A stretch of DNA of 53,871 nucleotides from positions 1-53,871 of the IMG/VR virus record IMGVR_UViG_3300043672_000021; one strand, 5' to 3'. A program made the position numbers and the translations under genes. Source of the stretch: a virus (taxonomy: Duplodnaviria > Caudoviricetes). This document shows positions 1 to 8,754 of this stretch, piece after piece. Position 1 is the stretch's first letter, and every line of letters begins with the position of its first letter. Below the pieces are notes generated by a model. It saw only the letters and a list, made by a program, of their open reading frames with translations. It searched no databases and had not been told where the DNA came from.

Positions 1-257
1 TCCACGACTTCGGGGATGCCAGGAAGTGCGCTCGGTGCGGTGCTGCGTTCGATGAGCTCCACTGGGCCGCCTTAACCAAGGCCATGGCCCACCGATTCAG
101 CGAGGAAGGACAGACGGCATGACGTGGCCCGAGTTCATCGACCAGCACTTCTGGGCGCTCTGGTGGCTGTCGCTGATCGCCATGGGCGCCACGGTGGAGG
201 CGATCTTCGTGTGGCGCAAGCGATGAGCGCCGATCGTTGCGAGCTGGCCACCGATGA
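1..257. repeat. Left copy of terminal overlap (matches 53615-53871)
   Basis: 131-257 is identical to 53745-53871 (127 bp); 1-130 aligns ungapped to 53615-53744 with 14 mismatches. Confidence 0.95.
119..226 (+). CDS. Small membrane protein (35 aa, MTWPEFIDQHFWALWW...)
   Basis: ATGA overlap with upstream stop, GAGG/GGA-rich RBS, one hydrophobic helix; same gene recurs at 53733-53840. Confidence 0.7.
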   Translation: MTWPEFIDQHFWALWWLSLIAMGATVEAIFVWRKR

Positions 258-405
258 CCGGCTGAAAGCCTGGCGGGAGGGGCATCGGTGCATGAGCGCG
301 GACGAGGTCCGGTTCCGGGACGTGCCGAGTCCTGGGGGTGCCGGTGGGGCCTCGGTGGGGTTCGCGCGGAGCTGGGACCACGACACGAACCCGCCGCTAC
401 GGTGA
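223..405 (+). CDS. Hypothetical protein
   Basis: ATGA-coupled to previous gene, GTGA-coupled to next. Confidence 0.5.
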   Translation: MSADRCELATDDRLKAWREGHRCMSADEVRFRDVPSPGGAGGASVGFARSWDHDTNPPLR

Positions 406-821
406 ACGGCATGACGAGCGGTGACGAAGATCGGCCGGACGACGTTGTCGTCGAGCACATGCCTGCCCATCAGCCCTACCCCGACGTGTACCCCGAGCAC
501 TTCATCGTCTCCCACACCCGCTACCCCGTGCGCGAGCGTGGACCCAAGCTGCGCTTCACGCGTGAGGCGTGGGACGCCTTCGTGGTCAGGGTCAAGAACG
601 GAGACTTCGACTTCCCCATCCCGGCCGAGAGTGCTGAGCCTCGAATCGGAGATGCACAGGCCCTTGCCGCCCAGCTCTCGCGCAAGATCAGGGAAGCAGG
701 CCTGGACGTGGTGGGCGAACCGATGGTCGACGTGTCCACCGGCAATGTGAGCGTCGAGATCTTCGACGCCGCGGGGAAGCAGTTCATTCTGACGATCCAG
801 GATCCGAGGCCGGAGTCATGA
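402..821 (+). CDS. Hypothetical protein with DUF397-like segment
   Basis: GPKLRFTREAWDAFVVRVKNGDFD resembles the C-terminal half of DUF397; high GC3; start inferred from GTGA overlap (ATG 411 is the alternative). Confidence 0.6.
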   Translation: MNGMTSGDEDRPDDVVVEHMPAHQPYPDVYPEHFIVSHTRYPVRERGPKLRFTREAWDAFVVRVKNGDFDFPIPAESAEPRIGDAQALAAQLSRKIREAGLDVVGEPMVDVSTGNVSVEIFDAAGKQFILTIQDPRPES

Positions 822-1036
822 CGCCGGTCGGGGTCGAGGACAGGTGTGGCGCCACGGAGTGGGTGCCCTGCGATGACGAAACCACGGCCCACGCCTATCG
901 GGTCTGCACTATGCCGAAGGGCCACAATGCCTACTTCCACCGGGAGTACCGAGACGGCAAGATGTGGGCCATGTCCAGCGGCGACGACGGCCCGGTCGCC
1001 CTGCCCTATTGCGAGCATACGAAGAGGCCGTCATGA
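818..1036 (+). CDS. Hypothetical Cys/His-rich protein
   Basis: ATGA overlaps both sides; C...CxxxxGHxxxxH pattern. Confidence 0.6.
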   Translation: MTPVGVEDRCGATEWVPCDDETTAHAYRVCTMPKGHNAYFHREYRDGKMWAMSSGDDGPVALPYCEHTKRPS

Positions 1037-1308
1037 CGCTGATCGAGTGGCTGCGCGCTCAGCTGGACGCGGATGTGGCGGCCATCATCAGCGGTGTCAG
1101 CGCTGATGACTTCGATGAGGGGTGGCCTTGGACTGCAGCCCGCGTGCTGGCCGAGGTGAAGGCCAAGCGGGCGGTGCTGGAGCTGTGCGCTGAGGCCGAG
1201 TCATGGAAGTACTCGGCTGCCCAGAAGATCGCCAGGGCCGTGCTCCACGAACTCGCCCAGGTCTACGCCGGCCGCGAGGGCTGGCGGGACGAGTGGAGCG
1301 TGAGCTGA
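1033..1308 (+). CDS. DUF6221-like phage protein
   Basis: LIEWLRAQLDAD...ARVLAEVKAKRAVL...LAQVYAGREGWRDEW, a typical actinobacterial prophage family pattern. Confidence 0.7.
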   Translation: MTLIEWLRAQLDADVAAIISGVSADDFDEGWPWTAARVLAEVKAKRAVLELCAEAESWKYSAAQKIARAVLHELAQVYAGREGWRDEWSVS

Positions 1309-1646
1309 TGGCGGTTGAGTGGAGATCGATCCCCGTTCGCCGCGACTTCTTCACGGGCCAGTTGACCGCCGGAATGGTCGAACTCGACCCGGACAACTGG
1401 GCGCACGGCATCTGGCGGGCACTGGCCGTCACCCTGGCCGAGCCGCTGCGCAAGGCATTCCACGAGCATGTCGAGACTCACGGCTGCGGATGCCTCGGCG
1501 CCTATCCCTCAACCGCGCATCTCTGCACCGACCCGAGCGGTCACCAGGAGAACGGCGGTCACGCCTTCCCCGGTTGGAACCACTGCCCAGTAGCCATGCG
1601 GCTGGACGAACTGCTGCCCGACGGCGACCGGATCGCCTACGGCTGA
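1308..1646 (+). CDS. Hypothetical protein (Cys/His-rich)
   Basis: TGATG overlap with upstream gene, GGAG RBS, high GC3. Confidence 0.65.
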   Translation: MAVEWRSIPVRRDFFTGQLTAGMVELDPDNWAHGIWRALAVTLAEPLRKAFHEHVETHGCGCLGAYPSTAHLCTDPSGHQENGGHAFPGWNHCPVAMRLDELLPDGDRIAYG

Positions 1647-1685
1647 CTCTCGACCCATACCTGAGGGTTGGGGCACCATTGAGGG

Positions 1686-1913
1686 GTGACCCTCACCAGT
1701 AGCGAGGCGGCCGAGGCGCTCAAGGTTGAGGTGTGCACGCTGCGCCAGTGGATCCGGCGAGGGAAGCTGCACCCGGTGCCGGGATCGCGGCCCCACGAGT
1801 TCAGTGCGGCCGAGGTGTACGACCTGCAGGTTGCCCGGCGGACCCCCGACGACATCGCCTGGCACGACGCACTCTGGGCCGAATATGACCGCGTTCTTGC
1901 TGATCAGCACTAG
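1686..1913 (+). CDS. MerR/HTH_17-like DNA-binding protein
   Basis: LTSSEAAEALKVEVCTLRQWIRRGKL winged-HTH signature; GAGG RBS; lies just before the late operon. Confidence 0.8.
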   Translation: MTLTSSEAAEALKVEVCTLRQWIRRGKLHPVPGSRPHEFSAAEVYDLQVARRTPDDIAWHDALWAEYDRVLADQH

Positions 1914-2014
1914 TCCGTGTCACGATCTTGGCACAACAGCGCTGCCCGGATACTGAGACCGGGCGCGTCGTTCACCGGCTACCCAGCCGCGAGCGGGAGA
2001 TCGGCACCCGCCGG

Positions 2015-2044
2015 ATAGCCCTTGATCCTCGGATCGGGGGCTAT
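2015..2044 (+). terminator. Strong hairpin ahead of late operon
   Basis: ATAGCCCTTGATCC / GGATCGGGGGCTAT inverted repeat (about 13 bp with G-U pairs). Confidence 0.55.
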
Positions 2045-2055
2045 TCGCTTGCCCG

Positions 2056-2427
2056 GTGGGGGTGATGCGGGTGGCACGTCGGGCCAGCAAGGGCAGCGAC
2101 CCGCTACTCACCACCAAGGCCTGGCGTGTCGACATCCGCCAGCACCACATCCGTCTCGGCCTGCCGTGCGCTCGCTGCGGTGGGGTGATCGCCTACGGTG
2201 CGCCGCGGTACTACCCGGGTACGAGGCGGGTGAACCCGCGGTCGCTGGTCGTGGGCCACATCGTGGGCAGGGACCGGGCCAAGCGGATGGGCTGGACGGA
2301 TGCGCAGATCAACGCGCTGTCCAACACGCAGAGTGAGTGTGCTCGGTGCTCGGACTCCAGTGGTGCGCGGTACGGGAACCACAAGCGCGGACGCGCGATG
2401 CGGATGCTCATCATCGACGACTGGTGA
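2056..2427 (+). CDS. HNH-like endonuclease (terminase-associated)
   Basis: CARCG...VVGHIV...SNTQSECARC pattern; position immediately upstream of terminase; start uncertain (2056/2064 region). Confidence 0.7.
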   Translation: MGVMRVARRASKGSDPLLTTKAWRVDIRQHHIRLGLPCARCGGVIAYGAPRYYPGTRRVNPRSLVVGHIVGRDRAKRMGWTDAQINALSNTQSECARCSDSSGARYGNHKRGRAMRMLIIDDW

Positions 2428-2531
2428 CATCACCGCAGGTCAGAGTGGGGTAGGGGGGCCCGGTCGCGACGCAGAGCAGGCGGCCAGCGACCCCGCCACT
2501 GTCTCGAAAAAACACACACACGGGAGGCGCC

Positions 2532-2909
2532 GTGGCTGTGAGGGCGGTCGGGCCGGCGTTGGCCGGTCGGGCGCGGAAGCCGCGGCACTACCCGGGCAAG
2601 GTGGAGCGGGCCGCCCGCGCTGCGCTCGCGGACATCGACACCGACCACGCCGCGGCGGACCTGCTGTTCGCGGTCGCCCAGCGGCTGGCGCAGGACGTGG
2701 ACGAGTCGACGGAGGTCCGGGACCGGGTGGCCGCCGTGAAGGAGCTGCGAGCGGTGCTCGCGGACCTGGATACCGCCGTGATGCCGCCGGCCAGGCCCAC
2801 TTCGGTATCGGGGGCGGCCCCGGCTGAGGACGGTGACCGTGACGTCTTCAACATCGGCGACTCACCGCCCGGCCTGCCTCCCGTCGTGGGCGACGCCGAG
2901 GCGGGCTGA
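2532..2909 (+). CDS. Terminase small subunit (putative)
   Basis: GGAGG RBS; helical AQRLAQDVD...AAVKELRAVLADL; directly upstream of TerL. Confidence 0.75.
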   Translation: MAVRAVGPALAGRARKPRHYPGKVERAARAALADIDTDHAAADLLFAVAQRLAQDVDESTEVRDRVAAVKELRAVLADLDTAVMPPARPTSVSGAAPAEDGDRDVFNIGDSPPGLPPVVGDAEAG

Positions 2910-4299
2910 CCGCCCGTCCTGGGGGCCGAAGGTCGGGGAGATCTCGGCCCGGCTCGGCCGCCCGTTCATGCCGTGGCAGCAGCAGGTGATGGATGTCGCG
3001 CTGGAGATCGATCCGGCGACCGGATTGCTGGCCTACCGCGAGGTGCGGTTGACCGTGCCGCGCCAGAGCGGCAAGTCGACGCTGCTGCTGCCGAAGTTCG
3101 TGTGGCGGGCGGAGGCCGCGCACCTGCTGGGTGGCCGGCAGCGGATGCTGTACGCCGCGCAGACGAAGGCCGACGCCGTCGACAAGTTCGACGAGGACTA
3201 CATCGAGGACCTGGCCGAGGCCCGGATCATGCGCGGCCGGTACCGGGTCACCAACAATCAGGGCCGCAAGCGGATCCGGTTCCGGTCCGGGTCGATCCTG
3301 TCGCCGGTCGCGACGACGACGAAGGCCGGGCACGGTAAGACCCTCGACGACGCCACCCTGGATGAGGCGTTCGCCCAGGTTGACAACCGGGTCGAGGCGG
3401 CCTGGCGCCCGGCGATGATCACCCGCAAGCAGGCGCAGCTGTGGATCGTGTCGACAGCCGGGACGGCGCAGTCGCTGTACCTGCGCTCGAAGGTGGCCGG
3501 CGGCCGGGCGATCGTCGAGTCCGGGAAGTCCTCGCGGGTCGCGTACTTCGAGTGGTCGGCCCCGCACGGCGCGGACCCGTACGACCCGGCGACCTGGTGG
3601 GCGTGCATGCCGGCGCTCGGGCACACGATCGATGAGGATTCGATCCGGCACGAGCTGGAGACCATCGAGGGCGGGTTGCCGGAGTTCCGGCGCGCGTACC
3701 TGAATCAGTGGCCGGACGAGTTCGCCGACGACGATTGGGTGCTGCCGAAGGCGTCCTGGTTCGAATGCTTGGACGAGATGAGTGTCCGGGCCGGCGCCCC
3801 GGCTCTGGCCCTGGATGTGGCCCCGGACCGCTCGCACGCCGCGGTCTCGATGGCCGCGCTACGGGCCGACGGGTTGCCGATGGTGAAGGTGGTCCGCCAC
3901 GGCGAGGGTGCCACCTGGACACCGAAGCACATCGCCGATCTGGCCCGGGCCAAGGGCGCCTCGGTCGTCGTCCTGGATGGCGTCGGCCCGGCGTCGAACC
4001 TGCGCGAGCTCGTCGAGACAGAACTGGCCGGGGCGTGCCCGCTGCGGGTGATGACCAGCCCTGAGGTCGCCGACGCGTGCTCCGACTTCCAGGACGCCGT
4101 CCTGACCGAGCAGTTGCGCCACACCGGGCAGACCGAACTGGACATGGCGCTGGCCGGTGCGACGCTGCGGCCGCTCGGCGAGCGCGAGGCATGGAGCCGG
4201 CGCAAGAGCAGCTCGGACATCACCCCGCTGGTGTCCGCAACGCACGCCCTGTGGGGCCTGTCGATCACGCCGCCGACGTTCTTCGGCTCACGACGCTAG
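2833..4299 (+). CDS. Terminase large subunit
   Basis: Walker A VPRQSGKST, Walker B TLDEAF, coupling motif VSTAG, nuclease ALDVAPDR and C-terminal DITPLVS; start uncertain (overlaps TerS). Confidence 0.95.
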   Translation: MTVTSSTSATHRPACLPSWATPRRADRPSWGPKVGEISARLGRPFMPWQQQVMDVALEIDPATGLLAYREVRLTVPRQSGKSTLLLPKFVWRAEAAHLLGGRQRMLYAAQTKADAVDKFDEDYIEDLAEARIMRGRYRVTNNQGRKRIRFRSGSILSPVATTTKAGHGKTLDDATLDEAFAQVDNRVEAAWRPAMITRKQAQLWIVSTAGTAQSLYLRSKVAGGRAIVESGKSSRVAYFEWSAPHGADPYDPATWWACMPALGHTIDEDSIRHELETIEGGLPEFRRAYLNQWPDEFADDDWVLPKASWFECLDEMSVRAGAPALALDVAPDRSHAAVSMAALRADGLPMVKVVRHGEGATWTPKHIADLARAKGASVVVLDGVGPASNLRELVETELAGACPLRVMTSPEVADACSDFQDAVLTEQLRHTGQTELDMALAGATLRPLGEREAWSRRKSSSDITPLVSATHALWGLSITPPTFFGSRR

Positions 4300-4308
4300 G
4301 AGCCATCC

Positions 4309-4548
4309 ATGACCGCGCTCGACACGACGCTGGACCGCGTTCCGGTCCAGCGGATCACCACCGAGGCCCGCGAGGTCGAGTTCAGGCGCACAGCGCTCAC
4401 CGTCCTGGCCGGCCTGTTCTGGTTGGTCGGCTGGTTGGCCGCGAAGACCCTCGGTGGGATCTGGCTGGCGCTGGCCTGGTCTGCGACCGCGGTCCGGGTC
4501 GGCTGGTCCGATGCCCGCCCGCAGCGGCCCGCGGCCCCCCGAAGCTGA
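4309..4548 (+). CDS. Small membrane protein between TerL and portal
   Basis: AGGAG RBS; long hydrophobic segment. Confidence 0.7.
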   Translation: MTALDTTLDRVPVQRITTEAREVEFRRTALTVLAGLFWLVGWLAAKTLGGIWLALAWSATAVRVGWSDARPQRPAAPRS

Positions 4549-4574
4549 CGACGGCGACCGAGGGAGGCGTGTAA

Positions 4575-5978
4575 GTGGGCCTCCTGGAGCGTATTAGCGA
4601 TGCCCGCACGGTGGCGGTGCGTGATGAGAGCCGATTCTCGATCGACACCTGGATCAGCGACTACCTGATCCCCTCGCAATTCCAGTACGGCGGGAACACC
4701 TACCCGCTCGGGCTGACCCAGACGCTCGCCGGGAACCGGGCCGCCGAGATCGTCCAGTCCCTGCCGGGTTACATGTCGGCGATCCAGGGATGCCCACCGG
4801 CGTTCGCCGCGCAGATGGTTCGGGCCCTGGTCCTCTCGCAGGCGCGGTTCACCTTCCGCAACCCACCCTGGCACCCGAGAACACCGCGCCGGACGTTCGG
4901 CAACGGTGATCTGCAGGTGCTGGAGCGGCCGTGGAAGAACGCCACCACCGGCGAGCTGATCGGGCGGATGGAATGGCACGCCGGCCTGGCCGGGAACTCG
5001 TTCGTCTTTCGCCGCCCCGATCGGCTGCGGGTGCTGCGCCCGGACTGGACGGCGATCCTCTACGGCTCCGAGCTGGAGCCGGACAACCCGGGGCACGCCC
5101 TCGACGGCGAGCTGCTCGGCTACGTGTATTGGAACGGCGGGCCGAACAACCAGTACGGCTACAAGCCGCGGTTTCTGCTGCCCGATGAGGTGGGGCACTG
5201 GTCGCCGCTGCCGGATCCGCTGAACTCGGGCATCGGGATGAGCTGGCTGACACCGGCGATCCGGGACCTGCAGGGTGATCGGCTAGCCGCCGAGCACAAG
5301 ATCCGGTTCTTCGAGAACGGGGCAACCCCGAACCTCGTCGTCAAGGGCCTGACGGCGACGACGAAAGAGAAGTTCGACGAGCTCGTCGAAATGATGGAGG
5401 AGAACCACGCGGGCGTTGCCAACGCCTACAGGACCCTCTATCTGACCGCCGGTGCGGACGCCACGGTGGTCGGCTCGGACCTGAGTCAGATCGACTTCAA
5501 GGCGGTCACCGGGTCGGGCGAGACCCGGATCTCGACGCTGTCCCGGGTGCCCGCCTCGCTGCTGGGGATCTCCGAGGGCCTGGCCGGGAGCTCGCTGAAC
5601 GCAGGCAACTTCAGCGCAGCCCGGCGCTCGTTCGCCGACACGTGGGTCTATCCGGAACTGCAGGACCTCTCGGCCGCCCTGGCGCCGCTGGTTACCGTGC
5701 CGGCCGATGCCGAACTCTGGTATGACCCCGCCGACATCCCGTTGCTGCGTGAGGACGCCAAGGATGCCGCCGAGATCGAGCAGGTCAAGGCGAACACGAT
5801 CCGCGCGCTGGTCGACGGCGGCTTCGATCCGGACTCGGCGGTCGCCGCCGTGGTCGGCCAGAACATGACCCTGCTGCGGCATTCCGGCTTGGTGAGCGTG
5901 CAACTGAATCCGCCCGGCACCCAGGCGCAGACCGGCGCGCCCGCACCGGCCCCGAAGGAATTGGAGGCCACGAAGTGA
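4575..5978 (+). CDS. Portal protein (HK97 family)
   Basis: GNSFV, LRPD, GMSWL, FFENGATP motifs; synteny. Confidence 0.93.
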   Translation: MGLLERISDARTVAVRDESRFSIDTWISDYLIPSQFQYGGNTYPLGLTQTLAGNRAAEIVQSLPGYMSAIQGCPPAFAAQMVRALVLSQARFTFRNPPWHPRTPRRTFGNGDLQVLERPWKNATTGELIGRMEWHAGLAGNSFVFRRPDRLRVLRPDWTAILYGSELEPDNPGHALDGELLGYVYWNGGPNNQYGYKPRFLLPDEVGHWSPLPDPLNSGIGMSWLTPAIRDLQGDRLAAEHKIRFFENGATPNLVVKGLTATTKEKFDELVEMMEENHAGVANAYRTLYLTAGADATVVGSDLSQIDFKAVTGSGETRISTLSRVPASLLGISEGLAGSSLNAGNFSAARRSFADTWVYPELQDLSAALAPLVTVPADAELWYDPADIPLLREDAKDAAEIEQVKANTIRALVDGGFDPDSAVAAVVGQNMTLLRHSGLVSVQLNPPGTQAQTGAPAPAPKELEATK

Positions 5979-6766
5979 CGCATACGAGCATCCCCGTTGA
6001 CGTCGTCCGGGCGCTGTCCGCAGCGCCCGAGCTGCGCGCGGCCGCGAAGGCGGACGACGGGATCGGCCTGCTGTCCGGGCACTTCAGCGCCTTCGGCAAC
6101 TGGTACCGGGTCAGCTCCTACTGGGAGGGCGACTTCCTGGAGCGCACCGCGGTCGGGTTCACCGCGCAGACCATCGCCGAGGATCGCGACGGGATGCGGG
6201 TGCTCTTCGACCACGGTTTCGACCCGCAGCTGGGCAACAAGGTGCTCGGTCCGATCCGCGACCTGCGCGAGGACGAGACGGGCCCGTACTACGAGGTGCC
6301 GCTGTTCGACACCAGCTACAACCGGGACCTGGAGCCGGGCCTGCGCGCTGGGGTCTACGGGGCCTCGTTCCGGATGCGGGTCCAGGAGGACTCCTGGAAC
6401 GACGAGCCGGACCCGAGCGACTACAACCCGAAAGCCCTTCCGGAGCGGACGATCACCCGGGCGAAGGTGATGGAGTTCGGCCCGGTGACGTTCCCGGCCA
6501 ACCCTGAGGCCACGGCGTCGGTGCGCAGTGTCACGGACCAGTTCTACGAGCGGCTGCGCCAGCGCGACGCCGGTGCGTTCGAGGACGCCGTGCGCGCGAC
6601 GGGGCGCAACCCCACAGATCTCACCGGGCGGGCAGGCGCGCGGAGCGCCTCCGGCGGTGGCAGCAAGGACGAGCAGCCAGGCAACGGCGAGACGTCGGCA
6701 CGTTCCGAGGCGGAAGCCCGCCATCACCAGCTCATCTTGTTAGGAGTGCTGCACCATGCCCGATGA
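5975..6766 (+). CDS. Prohead protease (HK97 gp4 / S78-like)
   Basis: VLFDHG, GASFRM, EFGPVTFPAN catalytic motifs; between portal and capsid. Confidence 0.93.
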   Translation: MTHTSIPVDVVRALSAAPELRAAAKADDGIGLLSGHFSAFGNWYRVSSYWEGDFLERTAVGFTAQTIAEDRDGMRVLFDHGFDPQLGNKVLGPIRDLREDETGPYYEVPLFDTSYNRDLEPGLRAGVYGASFRMRVQEDSWNDEPDPSDYNPKALPERTITRAKVMEFGPVTFPANPEATASVRSVTDQFYERLRQRDAGAFEDAVRATGRNPTDLTGRAGARSASGGGSKDEQPGNGETSARSEAEARHHQLILLGVLHHAR

Positions 6767-8219
6767 CAAGGACGACAAGTCCGTCCTGCTGCCCAACACC
6801 CTCGACGACCTCCGCGGGAAGACCCCGGACGAACTGCGGGTGATGTTCGACGTCGTGACCGCGCACGCCCAGGACCTGCACATGAACGAGGTCGGGGAAC
6901 TGCGCGACCTCAACGAGACCGAGAAGAACGCACTCGGCGTTCTCATTGAGATCCGTCAGGCGATTGAGGACCGCCTCGCCGAGCACACCACCCTCATGGA
7001 GGTGTTCCGGCGCCGGCCGAAGGCGGTCGAGCAGGTGTACGCGAACCTGCGCAATGGTCTGCCGGACGCCACTGACGACGTGCGGCGCCTGACGATCCCA
7101 GAGGCCCGCGACCGGGCCTTGCGGGTCCTGGATGACCGGAACGTGGCCAGCAGCCTGTCCTCGGATCAGAAGGACCAGGTTGAGCGGTACATCCGCAAGG
7201 ACACCGACATTGCGCGCCGGATCCTGGTCACCGAGAACGAGGACTACCGAACGGCCTGGACGAAGCTGGTCACCGACCCGCACCCGATGCTCACCCAGGA
7301 CGAGCAGCGTGCCGTCCAGGCCTACTACGAGTACCGGGCCATGTCGGAGGGTGTGACCACGGCCGGTGGATTCGGTGTGCCGGTGTTCATCGACCCGTCG
7401 ATCATCCTGACCGCACAGGGTACGGACAACCCGTTCCTGACTCTGGCCTCACAGAAGACGGTCACCACGAACGCGTGGAAGGGGGTCAGCTCGGCCGGCG
7501 TCACCTGGTCGTTCCAGTCCGAGGGTGTCGCGACCACGGACAACTCCCCGACGCTGGCGCAGCCGAACGTGCCGGTCTACATGGCCCGCGGCTTCCTGCC
7601 GTACTCCATCGAGGTCGGTCAGGACTACCCGCAGTTCGCGGAGGAGATGTCCACGCTGCTCTCGTCCGGCTATGACGAGCTGCTGGTGGACAAGTTCACC
7701 CGCGGTGCCGGCGGCCTGGAGCCGCAGGGCATCCTCACCGCACTGTCGGCCAACACCAACGTGCGGGTGACTGTGGCGACCGCTCCGACGATCGCTGCGA
7801 CCGACCCGTACAAGGTGTGGGCGGCGCTGCCGCAGCGGTTCCGGCGCAAGGCGTCGTGGCTGATGTCGGTGGACATCAACAACGCGATCCGGCAGCTGGG
7901 TGCGGCGAACGTGTTCCACGCCAGCACCATCAACCTGCCCGAGGAGTGGATGGACGTCCTGTTCAACAAGGGCGTCTACGAAACCCCGTACATGCCGGGC
8001 ACCACGACGTTCTCGACCTCGACCCAGGGGTACGCGATCGTCGGCGACTTCTCGAACTACGTGGTGGCCCGGCGCGGCGGCATGGCCGTCGAGCTGATCC
8101 CGACCCTGTTCGACGTCACCAACAACCGGCCCACCGGTCAGCGCGGCTGGTTCGCCTACGCCCGGATCGGCGGCGGCAGCGCCAACGACCTCGCGTTCCG
8201 CGTGCTGACGGCGTCCTGA
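6756..8219 (+). CDS. Major capsid protein (HK97 fold with N-terminal delta domain)
   Basis: AGGFGVP, PQGIL, IVGDFSNY, GQRGWFAYARIGG; AGGAG RBS. Confidence 0.95.
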   Translation: MPDDKDDKSVLLPNTLDDLRGKTPDELRVMFDVVTAHAQDLHMNEVGELRDLNETEKNALGVLIEIRQAIEDRLAEHTTLMEVFRRRPKAVEQVYANLRNGLPDATDDVRRLTIPEARDRALRVLDDRNVASSLSSDQKDQVERYIRKDTDIARRILVTENEDYRTAWTKLVTDPHPMLTQDEQRAVQAYYEYRAMSEGVTTAGGFGVPVFIDPSIILTAQGTDNPFLTLASQKTVTTNAWKGVSSAGVTWSFQSEGVATTDNSPTLAQPNVPVYMARGFLPYSIEVGQDYPQFAEEMSTLLSSGYDELLVDKFTRGAGGLEPQGILTALSANTNVRVTVATAPTIAATDPYKVWAALPQRFRRKASWLMSVDINNAIRQLGAANVFHASTINLPEEWMDVLFNKGVYETPYMPGTTTFSTSTQGYAIVGDFSNYVVARRGGMAVELIPTLFDVTNNRPTGQRGWFAYARIGGGSANDLAFRVLTAS

Positions 8220-8221
8220 TC

Positions 8222-8425
8222 GTGAGCGAGACGAGGAAGCAAGCCCCACCGGAACAGAAGCCGGTGGAATCCCGGGCGCCGGAGCAGGTTCTGCTCCCGG
8301 CGTCCGAATCCAGCGACCCGGACGTGCACTTCGCGCTCGGGAACCTGCAGGCAGCCCGCTCCGGCGGGAACGAGCAGGCCATCGCTGACGCCGAGGCCGC
8401 CCTGGCGGCGCTCGGATTCAACTAG
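8222..8425 (+). CDS. Small hypothetical protein after capsid
   Basis: GTG 3 nt after capsid stop; high GC3. Confidence 0.65.
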   Translation: MSETRKQAPPEQKPVESRAPEQVLLPASESSDPDVHFALGNLQAARSGGNEQAIADAEAALAALGFN

Positions 8426-8451
8426 ACCCCCTCGCCTGATCGACGAGGGAG

Positions 8452-8484
8452 GGCGGCCCCGGACTCCAGGTGTCCGGGGCCGCC
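8452..8484 (+). terminator. Perfect 13-bp hairpin downstream of capsid genes (terminator or mRNA stabiliser)
   Basis: GGCGGCCCCGGAC-N7-GTCCGGGGCCGCC. Confidence 0.65.
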
Positions 8485-8508
8485 GCCTACCTGGAAGGAA
8501 CTACTGCG

Positions 8509-8754
8509 ATGAAGGCTGTCTACGCGACCACCACCGCCTCGGTCACCACTCCCGGCGGCGGGCAGGTGCTGGTGAGGACCGGCACGCACTGGCTCGACGA
8601 CGACCCGGTCGTGCGCGAGCACCCGGAGCTGTTCAGCGACGACCCGCGCTACGGCGTCAGCTACAGCGTTCGCCCGGCCAGCTTCGACGAGGCGCCGGTC
8701 GAGCAGGCCACGGCCGGCCCCGGCGAGAAGCGGGGAGCGGTGCGGCGTGGCTGA
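8509..8754 (+). CDS. Small head-associated protein (putative)
   Basis: GAAGGA RBS; DDPVVREHPELF and VEQATAGPGEKR motifs typical of post-capsid genes in actinophages. Confidence 0.75.
   Translation: MKAVYATTTASVTTPGGGQVLVRTGTHWLDDDPVVREHPELFSDDPRYGVSYSVRPASFDEAPVEQATAGPGEKRGAVRRG

Noticed and set aside
1-257. Biological direct terminal repeat
   Set aside because: The exact part is 127 bp (k-mer-like), falls mid-operon, and the HNH-terminase layout suggests cos ends elsewhere
1686-1913. Excisionase
   Set aside because: The fold is compatible, but there is no integrase and it lies beside the late operon; called a generic HTH
7817-8425. Capsid -1 frameshift into the downstream ORF
   Set aside because: The overlapping frame is open, but I found no slippery heptamer near the capsid end; long off-frame ORFs are expected at this GC
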